Positions 50,538 through 60,595 of a DNA stretch of 64,000 nucleotides are shown one piece after another; within the stretch, counting starts at the first letter, position 1; each line of letters opens with the position of its first letter. The position numbers were made by a program, and so were the translations under genes. The notes beneath the pieces were generated by a model. That model was not told the DNA's origin. It saw only the letters and a program-made list of their open reading frames with translations, and ran no database searches. This DNA is from an uncultured cyanobacterium (lineage in GTDB: Bacteria; Cyanobacteriota; Cyanobacteriia; Cyanobacteriales; Cyanobacteriaceae): positions 480,001 through 544,000 of the forward strand of contig CAVVOP010000021.1 in NCBI GenBank assembly GCA_963749915.1, in the 5' to 3' direction.

Positions 50538-51179
50538 ATGACTCAATTATCCGCAGAATCGAAGGTAACAGGAAAGAAGGCTCATAATCACTTTCACCAT
50601 GGGAAACACTCTGTTAAACCGTTTAAGTTATGGCAAGATATTAGTGAACAAGAAGTCAGAATCGAAATTGTGCCGATGATTGACGTTATTTTTTGCATCT
50701 TAACGTTTTTTATTTTGGCGGCAGTGGGTTTTTCTCGACAACAGGCCATTAGTTTGAACCTTCCGAAGGCAACCACCGGCACAGCACAAATGAGAGAGAT
50801 GTTAGTGGTGAGTTTGGATAATAGAGGACAACTATATCTCGAAAAACAACCCGTTAGCCAAGTACAACTTTACAGTGCCATCAAAAACTATCACAGTCTC
50901 AACCCCAGCGGCTTAATGGTACTTCATGCTTCTCAGGAAGTTCGTTACAGTCAGGTAATTGGGGTCTTAGATATGCTTAAAGAGGTTGGGGGGGAAAGAG
51001 TCGCTTTAGCAACCTTACCGGGGAAATCTCAGGCACCAACTCAAACCGTTGATCCTTATGCTGGTTTTAACCCTTATTATCCTAATTATGGTGATCCTTC
51101 TCTCAATCAAGTATCGCCTCAACCCTCTGTTCAATCATCCCCTCAAATACCCATACCCGTAGAACCTCCGGCACCTTAA
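50538..51179 (+). CDS. exbD: Biopolymer transport protein ExbD/TolR
   Basis: IEIVPMIDVIFCILTFFIL TM motif; Pro-rich tail. Confidence 0.88.
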   Translation: MTQLSAESKVTGKKAHNHFHHGKHSVKPFKLWQDISEQEVRIEIVPMIDVIFCILTFFILAAVGFSRQQAISLNLPKATTGTAQMREMLVVSLDNRGQLYLEKQPVSQVQLYSAIKNYHSLNPSGLMVLHASQEVRYSQVIGVLDMLKEVGGERVALATLPGKSQAPTQTVDPYAGFNPYYPNYGDPSLNQVSPQPSVQSSPQIPIPVEPPAP

Positions 51180-51289
51180 TTTAATAGACGTCTCTAAGAA
51201 ACTCTGGTCTTGTGGAAACATAAACTTTTACGTCTCCACAAGGCTTTTAGGTTGCACAAATTTAATTTGCTATCGCCTATTCTCTTTTT

Positions 51290-52963
51290 TCATTGTTGAT
51301 TGTTGATTGCTTTCCACCAGTTTTCTCCTTTAACTAAAGTGTGGGTTTTCCAGTTATCATCATCGGTGTCGGGATAGTCGAGACGATAATGGCCTCCCCT
51401 GCTTTCTGTGCGATAGGCGGCACTTGTGAGAATTAAATAACCCACATCCACCAAATTAAGGGTTTCGGCGGCCAGTTTTAATTGTTGTTGCGCTACAGAT
51501 AAAGTTAATTGATAGGGTTGAGATGGTGCAAGATGGATGATTAATTGGCAAATAGATAGTTTTTCCAGTTGGTTACGCCAATGTTTGACTTGTTGTATCG
51601 TCTGTTGTAGTCCTGCTTGATTACGACAAATTCCTGCCCCTTCCCACACCGCTACAGGTAAACAGGCCCGAATGTTAGCAATTAAATCCATTTCTTCCCC
51701 CCAATCACCGTTGATCCGTTGATAATTTGCCACCGTTGGTACCAATTCACGGGAAGAATCTAAGGATAAATGACGAAAACTTTCCGCAAATACCACGCAT
51801 TCTAATAGAGAGTTACTGGCTAAACGATTCGCACCATGAACCCCTGTACTAGCTGTTTCGCCAATGGCATATAAACCTTTGATAGAAGTTTGATTATCAA
51901 GATTAACCGCTATACCTCCCATCCAATAATGTGCCGCAGGAGACACAGGAATCGGTTGGGAAAATAAATCTATCCCCCATTGTTGACATTTATTGATGAT
52001 ATTCGGGAAACGATATTCAATGCGAGAATGAGGAATTGGGCGTAAATCAAGATAAACCTTACCATGAGCCGGATCTTGACTGATTTTATGCAAATGACTG
52101 TAAATAGCTCTGCTAACCACATCTCTGGGGGCTAATTCTCCTTTCGGGTGATAGTCAAAAGTAAAACGTTTCCCTTCGTCGTCAATTAAATGGGCACCTT
52201 CTCCCCTCACCGCTTCACTAATCAAAAAATGAGGTGCATTAGCTACATTTAAAGCCGTTGGGTGAAATTGGACAAACTCTAAGTCCCTTAAAATAGCACC
52301 ACAACGCCAAGCTAAGGCTACCCCGTCCCCCGTACTAACTTGAGGATTAGTGGTTTGAGCAAAAACTTGTCCTCCTCCTCCAGTGCCTAAAATAACCGCT
52401 TTTGCTGATAGCCAATGAATTTTATTTTCGTGAAGTAAACTCACCCCTTGACACTGATTTTTGCTTTCATCTAACCATAAACTGAGGGCATAAGCCTGTT
52501 CATAGACTTGAATATGGTCACTTTCTAGCACTTTCTGCCTTAAAATAGAAACGATCGCCCTACCAGTGGTGTCGGCGGCATGGAGAACCCTGGGGAAAGA
52601 ATGGGCTGCTTCTAAAGTCATAGCTAATTGATCATTGTGGCGATCGAAATCCACCCCCATTTGTAATAATGACTTGATAGAAGTAGCGGCATTTTCTACC
52701 AAAAACTTAACCGCTTCAGTATCACATAAACCCGCACCAGCTTTAAGGGTATCTTCAAAATGGAGTTGAGGAGAATCACCAGGATTAATGGCGGCGGCAA
52801 TGCCTCCCTGTGCCCAATCACTAGCGCCTTTTTTTAATTTGTCCTTCGTAATGACAGCAATACGGAAATGATTTGGCAGACATAAAGCGGTATATAAACC
52901 AGCCGCACCAGAACCAACAATTATGACATCAAAGTTAGAGGGAAAAGAGGGTTTTTCGTTCAA
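51290..52963 (-). CDS. nadB: L-aspartate oxidase
   Basis: GSGAAG, WAQGGIAA, QFHPT, SEAVRGEG, GVHGANRLASNSLLE. Confidence 0.95.
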   Translation of the reverse strand: MNEKPSFPSNFDVIIVGSGAAGLYTALCLPNHFRIAVITKDKLKKGASDWAQGGIAAAINPGDSPQLHFEDTLKAGAGLCDTEAVKFLVENAATSIKSLLQMGVDFDRHNDQLAMTLEAAHSFPRVLHAADTTGRAIVSILRQKVLESDHIQVYEQAYALSLWLDESKNQCQGVSLLHENKIHWLSAKAVILGTGGGGQVFAQTTNPQVSTGDGVALAWRCGAILRDLEFVQFHPTALNVANAPHFLISEAVRGEGAHLIDDEGKRFTFDYHPKGELAPRDVVSRAIYSHLHKISQDPAHGKVYLDLRPIPHSRIEYRFPNIINKCQQWGIDLFSQPIPVSPAAHYWMGGIAVNLDNQTSIKGLYAIGETASTGVHGANRLASNSLLECVVFAESFRHLSLDSSRELVPTVANYQRINGDWGEEMDLIANIRACLPVAVWEGAGICRNQAGLQQTIQQVKHWRNQLEKLSICQLIIHLAPSQPYQLTLSVAQQQLKLAAETLNLVDVGYLILTSAAYRTESRGGHYRLDYPDTDDDNWKTHTLVKGENWWKAINNQQ

Positions 52964-53231
52964 GATTTTGAATTTTTGGCACGAAGTGTATTTCTGCTAA
53001 TTCTAGCCAATGATTTATCAGACCGCCACAAATAAAAATCTGAGTTCGGGGTGATGTTCAAAAATACAGATTAACCTTTTATCGTAATATTGTTTAGTTT
53101 TACTTCTATTTGAATTGATTAGAACTATCTTTATTCTTTTTCAAAATGAGAACCGCTGGAACTCCACTTAAGCATTATGGAACGAATCCAAAGTAAGATA
53201 TAATAATCAATCACGTTTTATCAGTAATAAA

Positions 53232-55019
53232 TTGGTGATGTCTGACAAATTTTCCCACCGGACTAAAATTGTAGCCACTGTTGGCCCTGGTTGTGCAAAC
53301 CCCGAAACTTTACGTCAAATGATTCTCGCAGGTGCTAATACTTTTCGTCTCAACTTTTCTCATAATACTCATGAAGACCACCAACGCAGTATTCGTCTTA
53401 TTCGTCAGGCAGAAAACGAGTTAAATAAACCCATTGGTATTTTACAGGATTTACAGGGACCTAAAATTCGTTTAGGGAAATTTAAATGTGATTCTATTGA
53501 AGTTAAGGAGGGCGATCGCTATATTTTAACCAGTCGGGAGGTAGAGTGTAATCAAGAAATTGCCTATATTAGCTATGAAAATTTAGCCCAGGAAGTTTCC
53601 GTTAACGCCAGAATTTTAATCGATGACGGTAGAGTGGAAATGATAGTAAAAGAGATTGATTTGGAAAATAGGGATTTACATTGTCAAGTGGTGATAGGGG
53701 GCGTACTTTCTAGTAATAAAGGGGTAAATTTTCCCAATGTCTGTTTATCGATAAAAGCCTTAACCGATAAGGATAAAAAAGATTTGATGTTCGGCTTAGA
53801 TCAACGGGTGGATTGGGTGGCCTTAAGTTTCGTGCGGAACCCTCAAGATGTGTTAGAGATCAAAGACTTAATTAGTAGTGCCGGAAAATCTACTCCGGTA
53901 ATTGCCAAAATCGAGAAACACGAAGCCATCGAACAAATGGAAGAAATCCTATCTTTATGTGATGGGGTGATGGTAGCAAGAGGAGATTTAGGGGTAGAAT
54001 TACCTCCCGAAGATGTGCCAATTTTACAAAAACGTTTAATTCGTACTGCTAACCGTCTTGGTATCCCCATCATTACCGCCACCCAAATGTTAGATAGCAT
54101 GGCAAATAGTCCTAGTCCAACTCGTGCCGAGGTTTCCGACGTTGCCAACGCCATTCTTGACGGTACTGATGCGGTAATGCTTTCCAATGAAACCGCCGTT
54201 GGTAAATACCCGGTTCAAGCAGTGGCTACTATGGCTAGAATTGCCGCTAGAATTGAACGAGAAAGGGAGAAAATTATTGTTCCCTATAGCTACGATTTTG
54301 ATAATGAAAATATTCCGACAGCCATCGCAGGGGCAGTCAGTCAAATAGCTAAAAAACTCAATGCTTCAGCCATCATGACATTAACCAAAACTGGTGCAAC
54401 GGCACGTAACGTCTCCAAATTCCGTCCCCAAACCCCTATTTTTGCTATTACCCCTCATGTGAGTGTATCTCGTCAATTACAGTTAGTTTGGGGAGTTAAA
54501 CCTTTATTATTATTAGATTTACCCGGATTACGTCAAGTATTTCAAGCGGCTATTAATGTGGCCAGAGAAAAAGGGTTACTTCATGATGGCAACTTAGTCG
54601 TTATGACCGCAGGAACATTACAAGGAGTTGCAGGTTCAACGGATTTAATCAAAGTAGAAATTGTCAAAGGCCTACTTAGCGAAGGGGTTGGTATCGGGCA
54701 AGGAGTGATAACAGGAAGAACAAGAGTAGTTCTAGATCTTAGTCAACTGAGTCACTTTTCTCAAGGGGATATATTAGTAACCAAGGCCACCGACAATCAA
54801 TATGTTGACGCTATGCGTTTAGCCGCTGCCATCGTCACCGAAGAAACAGGGGTCCGATCCCATGCGGCCCAAATAGGGATGCGTCTGGGAATTCCCGTCA
54901 TTGTAGGGGTAAAAGAAGCCACCTGTTTAATTCGAGACGCCAGTTTTGTCACCCTCAAAATCGAGCAAGGTTTAGTGTATCTAGGTACAGATGGCACTCA
55001 GGGGGACATTGACAGTTAG
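53232..55019 (+). CDS. pyk: Pyruvate kinase with C-terminal PEP-utilising swivel domain
   Basis: RTKIVATVGP, DLQGPKIR, MVARGDLGVE, ATQML; C-terminal SHAA domain. Confidence 0.96.
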   Translation: MVMSDKFSHRTKIVATVGPGCANPETLRQMILAGANTFRLNFSHNTHEDHQRSIRLIRQAENELNKPIGILQDLQGPKIRLGKFKCDSIEVKEGDRYILTSREVECNQEIAYISYENLAQEVSVNARILIDDGRVEMIVKEIDLENRDLHCQVVIGGVLSSNKGVNFPNVCLSIKALTDKDKKDLMFGLDQRVDWVALSFVRNPQDVLEIKDLISSAGKSTPVIAKIEKHEAIEQMEEILSLCDGVMVARGDLGVELPPEDVPILQKRLIRTANRLGIPIITATQMLDSMANSPSPTRAEVSDVANAILDGTDAVMLSNETAVGKYPVQAVATMARIAARIEREREKIIVPYSYDFDNENIPTAIAGAVSQIAKKLNASAIMTLTKTGATARNVSKFRPQTPIFAITPHVSVSRQLQLVWGVKPLLLLDLPGLRQVFQAAINVAREKGLLHDGNLVVMTAGTLQGVAGSTDLIKVEIVKGLLSEGVGIGQGVITGRTRVVLDLSQLSHFSQGDILVTKATDNQYVDAMRLAAAIVTEETGVRSHAAQIGMRLGIPVIVGVKEATCLIRDASFVTLKIEQGLVYLGTDGTQGDIDS

Positions 55020-55100
55020 TGATTGAACCTTAGACAAAACTGCTACTTTTGTCCAAATCCTAGATTTATAATAGACATCTCCAACATTTGAGGTATGAGT

Positions 55101-55880
55101 TTAATTTTCAGGAAATTTACGAAATTTAACGTCTTCAGAAAAATGCGTGACAGAATCGAGAATGATTTGTCGTAAATTGGCGTAAGGTTTCGCAAAAGGT
55201 GGTAGTTTTTCTGACAATCCCAATAAATCTGCCGTCACTAAAACTTGTCCATCACAATGATTTCCTGCACCAATACCAATGGTGGGAATCGAGAGGGTTT
55301 TGGTGATGCGAGTGGCTAAATCTTCTGTCATATGTTCTAAAACAATCGCAAATGCTCCTGCTTTTTCTAAGGCGATGGCTTGACTGAAGATTTTTTCTTG
55401 ATCTTCAATGGTTTTACCCTGTTGTTTATAGCCCAAAATTTTCACGGATTGAGGCGTTAAACCCACATGGGCCATTACAGGTATGCCAATTTCCGTTAAA
55501 CGGCTTACGGTGTCAATCATTGCGGGATAACCCCCTTCCAATTTTACGGCTCCTGCGTTGGTTTCTTTGATGATTTTCCCCGCGGATTTGATGGCTCGAC
55601 GAATATTGGTTTGATAAGTCAAAAACGGTAAATCAACCACCACTAAGGCTCGATTAACCCCTCTACACACCGCTTTTGTATGGTGGATCATCTCTTTTAG
55701 GGTCACAGGTAAGGTGCTAGAATGCCCTAATGCTACCATTCCTAAGGAATCTCCGACCAAAATTAAGTCTATTTCTGCTTTGTCTAATAATTGTGCGATC
55801 GCATAATCCCAGGCGGTTAAACTAACAATGGGACGTTTTTCTTGTTTCCACTGTTGTAATTTTTGGATAGTAACTTTCAT
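55101..55880 (-). CDS. panB: 3-methyl-2-oxobutanoate hydroxymethyltransferase
   Basis: [34 protein letters not shown]. Confidence 0.96.
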   Translation of the reverse strand: MKVTIQKLQQWKQEKRPIVSLTAWDYAIAQLLDKAEIDLILVGDSLGMVALGHSSTLPVTLKEMIHHTKAVCRGVNRALVVVDLPFLTYQTNIRRAIKSAGKIIKETNAGAVKLEGGYPAMIDTVSRLTEIGIPVMAHVGLTPQSVKILGYKQQGKTIEDQEKIFSQAIALEKAGAFAIVLEHMTEDLATRITKTLSIPTIGIGAGNHCDGQVLVTADLLGLSEKLPPFAKPYANLRQIILDSVTHFSEDVKFRKFPEN

Positions 55881-56053
55881 GGGATAATTACGGCAATAAA
55901 GGGGTAAAGTAGATTATTATGCCACATGAGACGATGTCGTGAATCATTGATAATTATTTTTTGTCTTTTGCTTTTTGATACAATGGTAAGTTAAATCAAA
56001 AATTTGATCCCAGAAAATTAGTTATTTTTAACGAATCGAAAATCTAAATATCA

Positions 56054-56572
56054 ATGAAGCACACTATTTCTGTATTAGTAGAAGATGAAGCAGGGGTTTT
56101 GACGAGAATTGCCGGATTGTTTGCCCGTAGAGGTTTTAATATTGAAAGTTTAGCCGTAGGGCCTGCAGAACAAGTTAGTTTTTCAAGAATTACAATGGTT
56201 GTACCCGGAGATGAAGATACCATCGAACAGTTAACGAAACAATTGCATAAATTAATTAATGTAATTAAAGTTACTGATATTACAAAAATTCCCTGTGTAG
56301 AAAGGGAATTGATGTTAGTAAAGGTCAGTGCTAATACTAATACCAGAGGAGAAGTTTTACAAATTGCCCAAATTTTCCGGGCTAGGGCGGTCGATATGTC
56401 TGATGACAGTTTAACTTTGGAAGTAGTGGGAGACCCGGGTAAAATGGTAGCAATTATTTCCATGTTAAATAAATTTGGCATTAAAGAAATTGCACGTACA
56501 GGAAAAATAGCTTTAGTGCGAGAGTCTGGAGTTAATACCGAATATTTAAAGTCTTTGGAAGCAAAAGTATAA
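56054..56572 (+). CDS. ilvN: Acetolactate synthase small subunit
   Basis: [36 protein letters not shown] domain. Confidence 0.96.
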   Translation: MKHTISVLVEDEAGVLTRIAGLFARRGFNIESLAVGPAEQVSFSRITMVVPGDEDTIEQLTKQLHKLINVIKVTDITKIPCVERELMLVKVSANTNTRGEVLQIAQIFRARAVDMSDDSLTLEVVGDPGKMVAIISMLNKFGIKEIARTGKIALVRESGVNTEYLKSLEAKV

Positions 56573-56670
56573 TGAACAATGAACAATTAATTTTCTTCTA
56601 GTCATCTTTTTCAAAGTGTCTTCTACCTGCCTGTCCACCTGTCAGTCTTTGTTCCTATCCTCCCCGTGTT

Positions 56671-57747
56671 TTGCTACCCTCGAACTCCAAACTTATTATG
56701 TTAACTCTTTTTTCAATGGTTGTTATAGTTTTATGTGGTTCGGCTTTTTGTTCTTTCACAGAAACAGTTTTACTCTCAATTTCGGAAATTAAGGTTAAAC
56801 AATGGGCACAATCGAAAAAAATGACGGCTTTAGCCTTACTAAAAATAAAGAAAAAAATGACTCGCCCCATCGCCACTATCGTTATTTTAAATAATATTTT
56901 TAATATTGTCGGTAGCATTATGATTGGTAGTTTAGCCACAGAGATTTTAGGGGATACCTGGTTAGGAGTTTTTTCTGGTTTATTAACATTTTTAATTATC
57001 ATTTTTGCCGAAATATTGCCAAAAACTATTGGTCAAAAATATGCGGAGAATTTTGCTTTATTTTTGGCTTTACCAGTACAATTTTTAACTTTGATATTAA
57101 CTCCTTTAGTATGGTTAATGGAAAAAATAACTGAACCTTTAACCCAGGGAAAAGTTTTACCAACGACCAATGAAATGGAGATTATATTATTAACAAGTAT
57201 TGGTAGCAATGAGGGGGTAATTGAGGCAGATGAAGCAGAGATGATTAACCGTGTTTTTCATCTTAATGATCTTTCGGCGGCAGATTTAATGACTCCCCGA
57301 ATTATTATTACTTATCTTAAAGGAGATTCAATTTTAAAAGAATGTCAAGATTTTATTATTAAGTCTGAACATAGTCGTATTTTAATTGTTCAAGATTCCA
57401 TTGATGATGTCATTGGTATTGGTTTTAAAAATGAGTTATTAACAGCAATTATTCAAGGAAGACAGGAGGAAAAAGTAGCTAATTTAGTTCGTGGTGCTAA
57501 TTTTGTCCCCGAGACTATTAGGGCGGATCATTTATTAAAACATTTCCAAGAAATTCATCAACACCTAATGGTGGTAATTGATGAATATGGTGGAGTTTCC
57601 GGTGTTGTGACTTTAGAAGATGTCTTAGAAGTTTTAACTGGAGATATTGTGGATGAAACCGATAAGATTATTAGTTTACGAGAAATTGCCAAGAAAAAAA
57701 GAGAGCGACTTTTAGTGTCTAAAGGCATAGAAGAAATTGATAACTAG
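56671..57747 (+). CDS. CNNM/DUF21-CBS domain protein (hemolysin-like transporter)
   Basis: SAFCSFTET, AEILPKT, MTPR, VIDEYGG..VTLEDVLE. Confidence 0.9.
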   Translation: MLPSNSKLIMLTLFSMVVIVLCGSAFCSFTETVLLSISEIKVKQWAQSKKMTALALLKIKKKMTRPIATIVILNNIFNIVGSIMIGSLATEILGDTWLGVFSGLLTFLIIIFAEILPKTIGQKYAENFALFLALPVQFLTLILTPLVWLMEKITEPLTQGKVLPTTNEMEIILLTSIGSNEGVIEADEAEMINRVFHLNDLSAADLMTPRIIITYLKGDSILKECQDFIIKSEHSRILIVQDSIDDVIGIGFKNELLTAIIQGRQEEKVANLVRGANFVPETIRADHLLKHFQEIHQHLMVVIDEYGGVSGVVTLEDVLEVLTGDIVDETDKIISLREIAKKKRERLLVSKGIEEIDN

Positions 57748-57957
57748 GATCTGCCGAATAAAGCTACAATCTAGATGGAGGGACTTGGGTGCAAATTTTA
57801 GCCATGCAGCTTCACCACTGGTCTTTGATTATTCCCCAAGAGGTGATAAAATTAGCCTCAGCAAAATCGAATCAAGATGTTTCTTAACTGGCTACCGGCC
57901 AAAAAAAATCATTGAGATAAGATTGTCTTCCTGTTACTTATTTTTTTTTAATAACCA

Positions 57958-58266
57958 ATGCCTGAAGCAGTAGGAGTAATTCAAACTTTAGGGTTTCCCG
58001 CTATTCTCGCCGCCGCCGATACTATGGTAAAAGCCGCCCGTGTGACTCTAGTTTATTTTGATAAAGCGGAAAAAGGTGATTTTGTCATCGCCATTCGAGG
58101 GCCTGTTTCTGAGGTTAAAAGGGCTATGACAGAAGGTATTAGAGAGGCTGGTAATGTTTTTGGCGGTGTCGTTCAAACTCATTATATTGTCCCTAATCCA
58201 CCCCCCAATGTGGTAGATATTCTACCCATTGAATATACAGAGACCTCTCTACCATATCGCTCATAA
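57958..58266 (+). CDS. ccmK3: Carboxysome shell protein CcmK3
   Basis: BMC domain MPEAVGVIQTLGFPAILAAAD; first gene of the K3-K4 pair. Confidence 0.88.
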   Translation: MPEAVGVIQTLGFPAILAAADTMVKAARVTLVYFDKAEKGDFVIAIRGPVSEVKRAMTEGIREAGNVFGGVVQTHYIVPNPPPNVVDILPIEYTETSLPYRS

Positions 58267-58367
58267 CTTTATTTCTTAATTGTTAATAATTCTGTAAGAA
58301 AAAGAACAATTGTCGATCATAATTTCACGAATAAGTTTATTTAATCATCATTAAAGGAGAATTTTTT

Positions 58368-58691
58368 ATGCCTTCCCAAGCCGCAGTAGGATCTTTAGAA
58401 ACAAAAGGGTTTCCCGGTATTTTAGCCGCCGCCGATGCCATGGTTAAAGCTGGTAGAGTCACCCTCGTGGGTTATATTCGTGTAGGAAGTGCCCGTTTTA
58501 ACGTTAATATTCGGGGAGATGTTTCTGAGGTTAAAACTGCTATGGCAGCAGGAATTGATGCAGTAGGGAAGGTTGAAGGTGCTACCCTTGAATCATGGGT
58601 TATTATCCCTCGTCCCCATGAAAATATCTGTGCTGTACTCCCTATTGATTACAGCGAAGCTGTTGAACCTTATCGCCAGGCAGTAGAGTGA
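58368..58691 (+). CDS. ccmK4: Carboxysome shell protein CcmK4
   Basis: BMC domain AVGSLETKGFPGILAAADAMVKAGRV..IIPRPHEN. Confidence 0.9.
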   Translation: MPSQAAVGSLETKGFPGILAAADAMVKAGRVTLVGYIRVGSARFNVNIRGDVSEVKTAMAAGIDAVGKVEGATLESWVIIPRPHENICAVLPIDYSEAVEPYRQAVE

Positions 58692-58952
58692 GAAAGAATT
58701 AACAATTAACAATTTAATTTAACGAAGCTAAATATGCTCTAATTCCCCAGGTAAAATTTTAATATTATTGATACTTTTTTTGATAGGTAATAATTGCCCA
58801 TAAAGGAGTATCAAAATCTAATTTATTTATTTATTTAGACGTGCAAGGGTATAGACTTTGAGGAATGGGAAGCGGAAATAGATGATATATAGTCACCCAA
58901 TGATAGTATGGGTAACTGATAACTATACTTTAGACCAAATAAAGACTCCTTC

Positions 58953-60593
58953 TTGAAACTCGGTAACCATGGACAACTCGGCGAGAAAATGGGATACAAT
59001 GCTATAAAATATTTTTGTAACTACTTTACTATGTTTAAGTTCACCCTTTATGAAACCCTATTAGTTTTTCTTTTTATTAGTTTTTCTCCCACTGCATTCG
59101 CCCAAGAGTCGAGTCAAAGAGTGCCATTAAAACCTTTATCTCCAGCTAATAACGGGACTAATGACCCTATCATCGCACCTAATTGGACCAATTACCCTGT
59201 CGCACCGGAAATTAGTCCCCTTCAAGAATTTCCTTATACCCTTGATGCTGGGGATGTCATCGCCCTTGATATTTTTAATGTGCCCGAATTTAGTAAAGAG
59301 TATCAAGTTTTGGTAGATGGTACCCTTAATTTACCTTTAATTAATCGCATTTCTGTGGCAGGATTAACTTTAGAGGAGATAGAATCATTAATCCGTGACG
59401 AGTATGTTAATCAAGGATTATTAAGAGATCCCATTATTAGTGTTAATTTGATCGCACCTCGCCCTGTAATGGTTGCCATTGTTGGAGAAATAAGAAATCC
59501 CGGCTCTTATTCTGTGCCTTTTGAAGGTGGTAATAATGATCGGGGGAGAAAATTTCCTAATCTCATTACTGCCTTAAAATTAGCTAATGGTATCAACGGT
59601 TCAGCAGATACTCGTCAAGTGAAAGTCATCCGTAACTATAAGGGTCAAGAATACGCTATTCCCGTTAATTTTTGGAATTTTCTTCAGCAAGGTGATTTGA
59701 CACAAAATATTATTCTACGGGATGGCGATCGCATTATTATTCCCAGTTCGGAAAAAGTAGATCCTGTGGAAGTATTAAGGACTGCTACAGCCAATTTTTC
59801 TGCTAATTTAAGTATTCCCATTACCGTTAGTGTCGTTGGGGAAGTGAATCGTCCTGGTCCTTATACCTTAACAGGAGATGACGTGAGGGCAAATAATTTG
59901 GATGATACGTTAAACTTTCAAAATAGGAATATTCTTGGAGATCAACAGAGTTTGGCCGGGATTCCCACCGCTACAAGGGCAATCAAAACCGCCGGCGGAT
60001 TAACGGCAAAAGCCGACATTCGCAACATTGAAGTTCGACGTACTTTACTGTCAGGACAAGAACAAATTTTAAAAGTAAACCTCTGGGAATTTTTACAAAC
60101 GGGAAGATTTAGAGACGATGCTTTACTGCAAAATGGCGATCGCATTTTTATTCCCGCCGCCGAGGCCATACAAGATGATGAAGTGCGTCAGGTAGCCATA
60201 GCTAGTTTTTCCCCGAACCGCATCAATGTAAGTGTCGTGGGAGAAATTAAAAATCCGGGATTAAAAGAACTACCGCCCAATATGAGCTTACAACAGGCCT
60301 TATTACAAGCAGGGGGATTTGATTATCGTCGAGCGACAGAATACGTGGCGAAACTGGTCCGCCTCAATCCCAATGGTACAGTTACAGAGAGACGTATCCC
60401 GGTAGATTTTTCTGCCCCTTTAGATGAAGAAAAAAATCCAGCCTTATTGAATAATGATATTGTGTTTGTTGAACGTTCAGCCTTAGCAGTGGCTTCAGAT
60501 ACGGTGTTCTCATCCGTCAATCCCCTTAACCAAATTCTGGATACACTTAACCTCTTTAAACGAACCTATGACTTATTTGACGATGACAACTGA
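58953..60593 (+). CDS. Polysaccharide export protein (Wza/SLBB domains)
   Basis: YTLDAGD, DGTLNLPLI, repeated VVGEV..PG SLBB units; likely start ATG at 59031. Confidence 0.9.
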   Translation: MKLGNHGQLGEKMGYNAIKYFCNYFTMFKFTLYETLLVFLFISFSPTAFAQESSQRVPLKPLSPANNGTNDPIIAPNWTNYPVAPEISPLQEFPYTLDAGDVIALDIFNVPEFSKEYQVLVDGTLNLPLINRISVAGLTLEEIESLIRDEYVNQGLLRDPIISVNLIAPRPVMVAIVGEIRNPGSYSVPFEGGNNDRGRKFPNLITALKLANGINGSADTRQVKVIRNYKGQEYAIPVNFWNFLQQGDLTQNIILRDGDRIIIPSSEKVDPVEVLRTATANFSANLSIPITVSVVGEVNRPGPYTLTGDDVRANNLDDTLNFQNRNILGDQQSLAGIPTATRAIKTAGGLTAKADIRNIEVRRTLLSGQEQILKVNLWEFLQTGRFRDDALLQNGDRIFIPAAEAIQDDEVRQVAIASFSPNRINVSVVGEIKNPGLKELPPNMSLQQALLQAGGFDYRRATEYVAKLVRLNPNGTVTERRIPVDFSAPLDEEKNPALLNNDIVFVERSALAVASDTVFSSVNPLNQILDTLNLFKRTYDLFDDDN

Positions 60594-60595
60594 TA

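Noticed and set aside
56044..57002. Minus-strand ORFs 56044-56586 and 56655-57002, and similar short overlapping ORFs elsewhere
   Set aside because: Antisense or alternate-frame shadows of well-supported genes (ilvN, CNNM protein, modB, pyk, etc.) with no motifs.
57737..57973. 78-aa ORF between the CNNM gene and ccmK3
   Set aside because: It overlaps both neighbours, has no RBS or recognisable motif, and likely covers the ccmK3/K4 promoter region.
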